This document shows positions 50,021 through 57,539 of a stretch of DNA of 64,000 bases, piece after piece. Location of the stretch: positions 100,471-164,470 of the forward strand of contig CAMNSE010000001.1 of the NCBI GenBank assembly GCA_946554525.1. The letters are read 5' to 3'. The notes beneath the pieces are model-generated. The model did no database searches. It worked only from the letters and a program-made list of their open reading frames with translations, and was not told the origin of the DNA. Every line of letters begins with the position of its first letter. Position 1 is the stretch's first letter. The position numbers and the translations under genes were made by a program. This DNA is from an uncultured Mycoplasma sp. (GTDB lineage: Bacteria > Bacillota_I > Bacilli_A > RF39 > UBA660).

Positions 50021-51635
50021 CAGAAGATGTTACGGTTTCTACAGGTATCATTTCAACAACTTTTATTTTGTTATCTTTATTTTCAAATAAATTATCAATC
50101 GCTATACCAACTTCTTTAGGCTCTTCTATCTTTTTGTGTTCTTCTTTTTTTGTATATTCTGCTAAAGACATTTCTATTTGATCATAAATTTCATCTGCAC
50201 TTAATTCAAATCTCTTTCTTTTATTTAAAGCATCGATCTCGCTATTTATAACGCGTAATTTCTCTTTATCTTTTTCTTCTTCGATTAAATCTCTCGTACT
50301 TAAATCTAGTGATTTTAGCTTATTTAAGTTTTCTAACTCTTTTTCATATTTTGCAATTTCGCTGTTAAAACTATTAATTAATTCGCTTAAACTGTTAGTT
50401 TTAGCAATGTTATCTAATAAGTTTTCTTTATAAGACACTAGTAAACCATCTAATATTTTCTTTTCCTTAGTTTTCTTTGTTATTGCTGTTTCTAAATTTG
50501 ATTTAGTACGCGTAGAAGTGGCTTCTTTATTTAATAGATTTTTATATTCTTCTAATGTATTTTCTTTTGTTTCAATTTCTTTTTCTAAATTATGGATAAC
50601 TGTTGCTAAATGGTTACTAGTTTCTTCATCTAAACTAGTAATTTCTTCCTCATATTTTTCCATGATTTTTTTATTGTTTGAAATTTCAGCACCTAAATAT
50701 GAAATGCGAGTATTTATTGCCTCACTACTAGCACCATTATAGTTTTTATTTTCAATCAAATTAGAAATTTCGGCACGCTCAACTTCTTTTTTCTCTAATT
50801 CTTCTTCTAAAATATTTATAGAAGTAATATCCATATATGGCTCAGATTTTACAATAGTAACTAATTCTTTAATCTTAGATAATGCTCCTATATAGTTTTC
50901 ATCAACAATAAATTGCTTTGCATCAGTTGCAATTACTGATGCATCCGTTAATAATTCGATTCTTCTTTTTTCTAATAAATCTAATTCTTCTTTTCTTCTT
51001 GCTAACTCATCTTCATCTTCTTTTTTCAAATCTACATCTATATAAGCATTTGGATTTTTTAAACTATCTGTAATATCTTCTAAACGTGATTTTTCTATGT
51101 CTAGCTTATTCTCTAGCTCTTCCATAGCTTGGTTATTAAGCTCTATTTCTTTTAATAAATCTTTATATTTTTTTTCTTTTTTGTCTAGCTCATTTTTAAT
51201 TATACTTACATTTTCAGTTTCTTCTTTTAAAATATTTTTATAAAAATTATTTTTAGAATCATTAGTTTTTGTAGTTAAAATTGTTACATACTTTTCATTT
51301 TTACTTAATTTTGTTTTTAAAAAACTAATTTCTTCATGAAGATTCTGTTCTTTTTCATTTAATGTCTCATGCTCTGCTCTTATCTCTTTAATTTTTCTTT
51401 CTAAACGAACTATTTTATTTTTTAAACTTATTTCTATATTTTTATCTACTAATTCATTTGAAGCATTAAAATAGCGAGTATCGTTCATTATACTCTTTAA
51501 ATCTTCAATTTGTTCTTTTTTATTTCTAATTGTTCTTTGTAGTGTTATTAATTCTGCACTGATCTCATCTGTATTATTTTTTGAACCAGTCATTTCTACA
51601 AGTAAATCAATATTATTAAAAACTTCAGTATGCAT
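50004..51635 (-). CDS. Long coiled-coil protein
   Basis: Heptad-rich K/E composition throughout; no Walker motifs. Confidence 0.75.
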   Translation of the reverse strand: MHTEVFNNIDLLVEMTGSKNNTDEISAELITLQRTIRNKKEQIEDLKSIMNDTRYFNASNELVDKNIEISLKNKIVRLERKIKEIRAEHETLNEKEQNLHEEISFLKTKLSKNEKYVTILTTKTNDSKNNFYKNILKEETENVSIIKNELDKKEKKYKDLLKEIELNNQAMEELENKLDIEKSRLEDITDSLKNPNAYIDVDLKKEDEDELARRKEELDLLEKRRIELLTDASVIATDAKQFIVDENYIGALSKIKELVTIVKSEPYMDITSINILEEELEKKEVERAEISNLIENKNYNGASSEAINTRISYLGAEISNNKKIMEKYEEEITSLDEETSNHLATVIHNLEKEIETKENTLEEYKNLLNKEATSTRTKSNLETAITKKTKEKKILDGLLVSYKENLLDNIAKTNSLSELINSFNSEIAKYEKELENLNKLKSLDLSTRDLIEEEKDKEKLRVINSEIDALNKRKRFELSADEIYDQIEMSLAEYTKKEEHKKIEEPKEVGIAIDNLFENKDNKIKVVEMIPVETVTSSDAGGN

Positions 51636-51717
51636 AGCCTAACCACTTCCTTTTATTCTTAATATAAGTCTATCACAAGTAACAGATTTTTTCAACAGAA
51701 TTGTATTTATTTTCAAG

Positions 51718-51743
51718 AAAAAAGAAATGCTATGCATTTCTTT
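51718..51743 (-). terminator. Intrinsic terminator after the cotJC 3' half
   Basis: AAAGAAATGC-tat-GCATTTCTTT hairpin with a T-run on the minus strand. Confidence 0.65.
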
Positions 51744-52115
51744 AATACCCTTTTTTCTTATAGTACTCATATAACTTTTTAAAACTGTTAAAATGTACTA
51801 TTTCTCTTTGTCTTAAAAACAGTAAAACTCTAATAATATCTTCATCATTTGTTAAATTAATTAAGTTTTCATAAATTGCTCTAGCTTTTTGCTCTGCTGC
51901 CATATCTTCCATAATATCTGCTAAATGATCTCCTGTAACAGCGAAATATGCCGCTGTAAAAGGGACTCCAGATGCATTTTCTAAATACGTTCCTTTTCCA
52001 TGGTCGGCATAATAAGCGCCTAACCCTGCTTCTTCAAGCTCTTTTACCGTAGCATCTTTAGTTAGCTGATGAACCATCGTTGCTATCATTTCACAATGTC
52101 CTAACTCTTCTGTAC
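51742..52115 (-). pseudogene. cotJC: 3' part of a CotJC-type Mn-catalase gene, interrupted by the prophage
   Basis: Reads TEELGHCEMIATMVHQLTKDAT...NASGVPFTA...EDMAAEQKAR...FLRQREIVH. Upstream, CGT replaces the expected Gly codon and an in-frame TAG follows at 52117-52119. Confidence 0.88.
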
Positions 52116-52140
52116 GCTAACGATAGAGATATAAAGTAGT
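52100..52140. other. Prophage-host junction (att site); crossover near 52114-52116
   Basis: CotJC similarity ends abruptly 30 bp from the integrase stop codon. Confidence 0.8.
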
Positions 52141-52145
52141 TATAA

Positions 52146-53954
52146 TTAAAACCTAGGGTGTATTGCTATTGAAAAGTTATTCTCGTAACCTCGTCCGCCT
52201 TTTTCTTTCTTATATTCCACATAAGATATAACAGACTTTAAAAGTTTGTTTTTCTTTTCTGCTGTTTTTACACTCCAGTATGAATCTATTACTTTCTCAA
52301 TTTTAGGTAATAGTTTCTCGATTTTATCTTTATTCAATTTTACTTGATATTTAGATAATTCCTTAGTTGTATTATTTATCTTATCTTTTATAACTTTAGT
52401 ACGTTTAGTAAACTCCTCTGGAGTATATACTCCTTGTTCTACTAACTCGTATTGTTTATCTAATTGTCTGTTATATTTCTCTAAGTCCTTAGTTAATGCT
52501 TGATACATGACGTTATCGTCTTCCTCGGCTGGATTATACGTCGATAGGAGCTCTTTTTGGGCGTCTAGGTACTCTCGTAACCCTTTAATGACTTCCGCCT
52601 CTACAAGCGATAAATTAGAGCCTATATTCGTACAATGTGCTTTTTGACATATCAAAGTATCTTCGTGAGGATCTATCGTGTTCTCCTCGAATGTGGTAAT
52701 AGCTTTATCAAACTCTGTTGTTTTTATATTAAGTAGTTTTTTTAGTTCTTCCCATTTATCAGCGTATGGCATAGTGAACTTATCTTGTGAAGAACTAAAC
52801 CAATGATCTACGCAGTTCTTACTAACTCCTAAGGCGGTTGCTATGTCTCTTAGACTGTAATCGCCTTTATGTTCTCTTAGACATAAGCGTAGTTTTTCTT
52901 TATCTACTTCGTATTTACGTCTTAACTTTGGTTCTTGCTTTTTATTTTCATAATAAGGACGTCTTTGCATAGATCTTCCACAGTCGGCACATCTTATCAA
53001 AGTAGCAAGTGGATTCTGTAATTCGGTTCCATGTTTAGTACTGACTTGTTTTGGTTGGATTCCTTGAACTATATTGAATAGATTTTCTTCTATAATAGCT
53101 GGGTGTAATCCCTCTACAAGTATTATTTCGTCTTTAGTTCCTCTTGTACGCTTTTTCACAATTTGTCCGTTGACTAGACTTTTATGTTGTTTGTTACTGT
53201 TCCACCTTATTTTACCAAGATAAACAGGATTAGATAACATACCTTTAATTGTGGACGGAGTCCAAACATCAGATGTCTTAGGCTTGAAGTCTAAAGTATT
53301 AAGCCAGTTACATATAATATCGAATCCCATACCGTCAGCTCTTTTCTGGAACATCTCTTTTACAACTTCTGCTTCTTCTGGTATAGGTTCTAGTGTATAG
53401 CCTTTATCGTATTTTATTCTTACCTTTTTATAGCCAAAAGGAGGCTCAGAGGCACAATATTTACCAGCTAGTACATTTGCTAACCTTTGGCGTTGCATAC
53501 GTCTGTTAATGGCTTTATATTCACGCCTAGACATAAATAAACCGAACTCAAAGTATTCTTCGTCGTCGTCGCTGTTTGGATCATATATTTTATTAAGAGT
53601 AATAATTAAAGTGTTTGAATACTTAAAAGCCTGTGAAATAGTACCTTGATCTTTAGAATCTCCACGAGTAAGACGTTCTACTTCTACAACCAAGATTCCG
53701 TCAACAGTCCCAGTCTCAATGTCTTTTAAGACTTTTTGTATTTCTGGTCGTTCTTGGATTGATTCTCCCGAAACTACTTCACGGTATATATGTCGGATCT
53801 TTATTCCTAGTTGTTTAGCTCTATCTTTTAAAAACTTCTCATGTTGTTTTAACGTATCGAACTTCTTTAGCTTTTCTAGTTCCATATCTGCTCTTGATTT
53901 TCTTAGATATGCGTCGTAGATTCCGTTAGGATCCAGCGTGATTACATTATACAT
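52146..53954 (-). CDS. Large serine recombinase (integrase) with an HTH insertion in the Zn ribbon
   Basis: AYLRKSR catalytic Ser, EVVSGES...RP, ERLTRG, PFGY, NPVYLG, HPAII, CADC...CxxxxC and a coiled coil. Confidence 0.95.
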   Translation of the reverse strand: MYNVITLDPNGIYDAYLRKSRADMELEKLKKFDTLKQHEKFLKDRAKQLGIKIRHIYREVVSGESIQERPEIQKVLKDIETGTVDGILVVEVERLTRGDSKDQGTISQAFKYSNTLIITLNKIYDPNSDDDEEYFEFGLFMSRREYKAINRRMQRQRLANVLAGKYCASEPPFGYKKVRIKYDKGYTLEPIPEEAEVVKEMFQKRADGMGFDIICNWLNTLDFKPKTSDVWTPSTIKGMLSNPVYLGKIRWNSNKQHKSLVNGQIVKKRTRGTKDEIILVEGLHPAIIEENLFNIVQGIQPKQVSTKHGTELQNPLATLIRCADCGRSMQRRPYYENKKQEPKLRRKYEVDKEKLRLCLREHKGDYSLRDIATALGVSKNCVDHWFSSSQDKFTMPYADKWEELKKLLNIKTTEFDKAITTFEENTIDPHEDTLICQKAHCTNIGSNLSLVEAEVIKGLREYLDAQKELLSTYNPAEEDDNVMYQALTKDLEKYNRQLDKQYELVEQGVYTPEEFTKRTKVIKDKINNTTKELSKYQVKLNKDKIEKLLPKIEKVIDSYWSVKTAEKKNKLLKSVISYVEYKKEKGGRGYENNFSIAIHPRF

Positions 53955-53986
53955 CTTGCACCTCCTTTATCTATATTTTTTTTAGT

Positions 53987-54418
53987 TTATTTTCCCCAAC
54001 TATGTCCGCAGTTTTGGCATACATAATACTTATTAGTTTTAGACTTTTGTCCTCTTAATAAAGGTATCAATAAAATAAGTCCTATAATAGTACAAGCCAA
54101 AAATATATATAGTAATACAGTCAAACAACCTCTACGTTGTTGTTCTGATACCATTTGTACTGATACATTGTCGCTTTTACAGTTAGGACAATGTAATTTT
54201 TTACTTTCCATATTTCTTATTACTGCTGCTTCTTTATTATTTATATATTGTTTATATTCCTCCGTTGGATTCGTTTCTAATTTTGATAAATAATTTTTTG
54301 CTAGAAAATATAATACAGTCCATATAAAAGCTGTAAAGATAGAAACTATTATATGAAACATCATACTTCTTGGCTTAGTAATCCATAACGAAGCCTTTAA
54401 AAGAAAATCATTACTCAT
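53987..54418 (-). CDS. Prophage membrane protein with a split Zn ribbon
   Basis: TM, CPNC, TM hairpin, CQNCGH; lies in the lysogeny module. Confidence 0.75.
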   Translation of the reverse strand: MSNDFLLKASLWITKPRSMMFHIIVSIFTAFIWTVLYFLAKNYLSKLETNPTEEYKQYINNKEAAVIRNMESKKLHCPNCKSDNVSVQMVSEQQRRGCLTVLLYIFLACTIIGLILLIPLLRGQKSKTNKYYVCQNCGHSWGK

Positions 54419-54681
54419 TTAATCCCTCCATAATTTCGTGTACTTCTTTTTCGTATTGATCTATTTTACTTTTATCAAAGTTTTTAAGATGTCCTAGTTT
54501 ATAGTGTAGCATTTCATGTCTGAAACGCCTTTTCCTTTTCTGTATCGGAAAGTTTATCGTTCACGATTATATAAGTACCATTTTCGGCTTTCATGATAAA
54601 AGCTCTTACTTTATCTGGTGCTTTCATAAATAATAAGGTTAAATTGTCTTTTTCGGCAATTTTCGCCAACTTTCCATACAT
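54411..54681 (-). pseudogene. ImmA/IrrE-like metalloprotease (anti-repressor) with a +1 frameshift
   Basis: AGGAGG RBS. Reads MYGKLAK...YIIVNDKLSDTEKEKAF, then RHEMLHYKLGH...GLNE* in the +1 frame. Span is 271 nt = 3n+1. Confidence 0.8.
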
Positions 54682-54739
54682 AGGCAATACCTCCTAAGAA
54701 CACAGGTACTGCTTATTTTTTGTGTCTTTTAATTCCTTT

Positions 54740-55123
54740 CTACTTTTTATCTTTTGTTTTATCAATCTTAGTAACAATATTTACTATATCAGCTACTTGA
54801 TTAAGTTCTTCGTCGCTTAATTCTCCTAGCTTATCGAATAAAACCTTTGCGTGTTCGTTCTCTATTAACACACTTAGTTTATCTGCGAGTTCATTATCTG
54901 GAATAACACTACTTATAGTTTTAGTAGTGTTATCATTTCCTAACAAATAGTCAGTAGTAGTCTCCAAAACTTCTGCTAGACTTTTTAATAATTCATAATC
55001 TGGTTGCCTTTTATTATTTTCATATAAATTGTAACGAGCTTCTGAAATATTTACTTTCTGTGCTATCTGTAATTGTGTTAGTTTCTTTTCTAATCTTAAT
55101 TTTTTTAAACGGTTTCCGAGCAT
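54740..55123 (-). CDS. ImmR-like XRE prophage repressor
   Basis: RLKKLRLEKKLTQ...YENNKRQPD...TTDYLLG; no S24 peptidase domain. Confidence 0.9.
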   Translation of the reverse strand: MLGNRLKKLRLEKKLTQLQIAQKVNISEARYNLYENNKRQPDYELLKSLAEVLETTTDYLLGNDNTTKTISSVIPDNELADKLSVLIENEHAKVLFDKLGELSDEELNQVADIVNIVTKIDKTKDKK

Positions 55124-55154
55124 AATACTCCTCCTTTTTTCGACAATATTATAC

Positions 55155-55236
55155 TAACAAATTGTAAAGTAGTAAATACTTCTTTTCAAAAAGTTGTGAA
55201 AAGGTATTGACTTAACAAAATGTAATGTTGTATAAT
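55155..55236. promoter_or_regulatory. Switch region: rightward promoter and operators
   Basis: TTGACT (55207) -N18- TATAAT (55231). Quasi-palindromes TAACAAATTGTAA (55155-55167) and TAACAAAATGTAA (55213-55225). Confidence 0.7.
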
Positions 55237-55264
55237 GAACTTAACAAAGAGAGGAAGTGCATTT

Positions 55265-55453
55265 ATGCTAGATATTATAATAAAAGCCAGAAAAAATAAG
55301 GGTTATACCCAGAAACAAGTAGCAGAATTAGCAAAAGTTAGCGAAGAATACATCTCTTTAATTGAAAGTGGTAAAAGAAAACCGTCTGTTAAGGTTGCTA
55401 AGAAACTGGGAGCAGTATTAGATATTCAATGGACTATTTTTTTTGAAAAATAA
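55265..55453 (+). CDS. Cro-like HTH regulator
   Basis: ARKNKGYTQKQVA...IESGKRKPS; GAGGAAG RBS before ATG 55265; divergent from the repressor. Confidence 0.88.
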   Translation: MLDIIIKARKNKGYTQKQVAELAKVSEEYISLIESGKRKPSVKVAKKLGAVLDIQWTIFFEK

Positions 55454-55540
55454 CCTTTCAATATGTAAAGTTATGTGATTATAAAAACAAATTGAAAAGA
55501 AACAATAAGAACCAACTTATTGAATAAGATTAACTAGGAG

Positions 55541-55768
55541 GTGCCTATGAAAAAGGAAAACGAAAAACAAGAAATAAAACCTAAAGTAACAATCGTTTTA
55601 GATTGTGTTCCTACTAATATTGAGGAACGCAAGAACAATATACGCAAGTTCTATGATGTATGTAACGAAGTAATAGACGATCCTAGCTGCTTTTATACAG
55701 AGCAGGAAATTGAAGAATTGAAAAACAATCCTAAAAAACAAAAAGAATTGAATATAAAGTTTATCTAA
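55541..55768 (+). CDS. Phage hypothetical protein
   Basis: AGGAGG RBS; lies in the early operon. Confidence 0.7.
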   Translation: MPMKKENEKQEIKPKVTIVLDCVPTNIEERKNNIRKFYDVCNEVIDDPSCFYTEQEIEELKNNPKKQKELNIKFI

Positions 55769-55839
55769 AATAGCAATTTAAAGGAGGTGGTCTTATGTGA
55801 AGATTAGAAAACTAAGAAGCTAAAAAAGGAGGTGGAAAA

Positions 55840-56085
55840 ATGAAAGCTTTAAAAAGGATTAAGTGGTTAAATGTATTGAAAATTATAGGATTTATCGGTT
55901 GTTTAGCCTTAATAGTTCACGATTTATTTATGGTTACCGTTTACGGTTGGATTACTTCTAATATGGTTGGTTGGACTTGGTTCGGATTCGCTACGTTTGT
56001 TGCAGCAATCATGACAGCAGGTACTATATTCGACGATTTAGAGGAACAATGGAACGCAATCGAAACAAAAAAAGAGAGAGCCTAG
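55840..56085 (+). CDS. Phage 2-TM membrane protein
   Basis: AAGGAGG RBS; two hydrophobic helices. Confidence 0.75.
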   Translation: MKALKRIKWLNVLKIIGFIGCLALIVHDLFMVTVYGWITSNMVGWTWFGFATFVAAIMTAGTIFDDLEEQWNAIETKKERA

Positions 56086-56124
56086 GCAAGACCTCTCAAA
56101 TGGAATATTTTGTTAAATATTCAC
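56067..56124 (-). ncRNA. Predicted ~60-nt antisense RNA (OOP-like)
   Basis: Minus-strand TTGACT-N17-TATAAT (56159-56131) with extended TG, two hairpins and a T7 tail. Confidence 0.55.
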
Positions 56125-56161
56125 TCCATTATTATAGCAAAAAATGGAGTTCTAGTCAAAG

Positions 56162-56881
56162 GTGGTGGTAAGTATCAATGGAAATTGGATTAAGCTCTTT
56201 GCTAAGTTTACATCTTGGCAATGGTACACAGATCAAAATACAAAATCATTGTTTATACACTGCCTACTAAAAGCTAATTGGAAAGAAGCAAAGTTTATGG
56301 GAGAAACAATCCCTAGAGGTAGTTTCGTAACCTCGCTTGATTCACTTGCTAAAGAACTAGGTTTGTCAGTCCAAGAGATTCGGACAGCACTAAAACACCT
56401 AATTTCAACAGGCGAATTAACAAGCAAAAGTACTAATAAATACCGCATAATTACTGTGGTTAACTACGAAATGTACCAACAAGTTAACAAGCAACCTAAC
56501 AGTCCATTAACAGGCAATCAACAAGCAACTAACAAGCAACTAACAACAATAGAAGAATATATAGAATATAAGACTAATAAAGAATATAAGAATAATAGTG
56601 TGTGTAATAATACGCCCGAGGAAAACTTTTCTTGTCATTTAGGCTGTGTCTATAAAACTATTGATTGTAAAAATTGTATGAAGAAATGGAAATGTCCTTT
56701 ACCAGACGAACCTACCTTTAAAGGAATCTATGGTAAGACATTTTACGAATATGTTGCAGAGATTGAACTTAGGAAGTTAGAACTAGCTAGAGAGTTTGAA
56801 GCTATGGAAGCTAGACGAGGTAACGAACCCTTAGAACTTCACGACTACGATTGGCTTAATGATAAGGGGGACGAAGAATGA
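56162..56881 (+). CDS. Phage replication initiator (replisome-organizer-like) with a Cys-rich C-terminus
   Basis: WIKL...WQWY...LFIHCLLKANW...RGSFVTS wHTH and internal iterons. Confidence 0.8.
   Translation: MVVSINGNWIKLFAKFTSWQWYTDQNTKSLFIHCLLKANWKEAKFMGETIPRGSFVTSLDSLAKELGLSVQEIRTALKHLISTGELTSKSTNKYRIITVVNYEMYQQVNKQPNSPLTGNQQATNKQLTTIEEYIEYKTNKEYKNNSVCNNTPEENFSCHLGCVYKTIDCKNCMKKWKCPLPDEPTFKGIYGKTFYEYVAEIELRKLELAREFEAMEARRGNEPLELHDYDWLNDKGDEE
56477..56550 (+). repeat. Iteron-like ~11-bp repeats (YAACAAGCAAC); putative phage origin
   Basis: About 7 degenerate copies inside the initiator gene. Confidence 0.7.
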
Positions 56882-57525
56882 ATCGAGAACAATGGCTTGA
56901 GGAACGTAAAAAAGGTATTGGTGGCTCTGATGTTGCTTGTATCTTAGGTATGAGTCCTTATAAAACTAACGTGGCACTATGGGAGGAAAAAGTCGGTATA
57001 AGAGAACCAGAAGACATCTCTCAGAAAGAATACGTTAAGAACGGAACTGACAGCGAGGATCCGTTAAGAAAGTTATTCGCTGTGGATTATAAGCAATATG
57101 AAGTTTTACACGAAGAAAACGAAATAATCCATAACAAAGAATACCCATTCATACAAGTTAGTCCAGATAGTAGGCTTGTAGAAAAGTCCACAGGACGTAA
57201 GGGATTCTTAGAGATTAAACGTTGTGAAATTATGAATCACAAAATGTATGAAAAGTGGAAAGACGGCAATATTCCACAAAACTACTATCTACAAACGTTA
57301 CAGTACTTCTTAGCTGACGAAGATATGGACTTTGGTTATTTAAGAGCTTATCTTATCAGACATTTAACTGACGGTACTGTTATTCGAGAAGTCAGAGACT
57401 ATGTAATTGCTAATAGTCGTACGGAAATTCAAGACGATCTCGATTATTTAAAACCAAAAGAAATAGAGTTCTGGCAATATGTCGAAACAAAGACTAAGCC
57501 GCCACTACTATTACCACAGATTTAG
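56878..57525 (+). CDS. YqaJ-like (lambda exonuclease) nuclease
   Basis: WLEERKKGIGGSD, SPD, LEIK and YYLQ motifs. Confidence 0.92.
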   Translation: MNREQWLEERKKGIGGSDVACILGMSPYKTNVALWEEKVGIREPEDISQKEYVKNGTDSEDPLRKLFAVDYKQYEVLHEENEIIHNKEYPFIQVSPDSRLVEKSTGRKGFLEIKRCEIMNHKMYEKWKDGNIPQNYYLQTLQYFLADEDMDFGYLRAYLIRHLTDGTVIREVRDYVIANSRTEIQDDLDYLKPKEIEFWQYVETKTKPPLLLPQI

Positions 57526-57539
57526 AGGAGGAAAATAAT

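Noticed and set aside
50004-51635. SMC-like ATPase
   Set aside because: Coiled coil only; no Walker A/B or signature motif.
51742-52089. 115-aa ORF as a complete small catalase
   Set aside because: Its Met is internal, homology continues upstream to TEELGH, and the N-terminal Mn ligands would be missing.
52665-52955. Integrase insert as an intein or intron
   Set aside because: No Cys/Ser...His-Asn splice termini or endonuclease motifs, and the frame is continuous.
53955-54060. Sporulation-sigma promoter for the integrase, as for spoIVCA
   Set aside because: No convincing SigE/SigK match was found; any developmental control would have to lie elsewhere, for example at an RDF gene.
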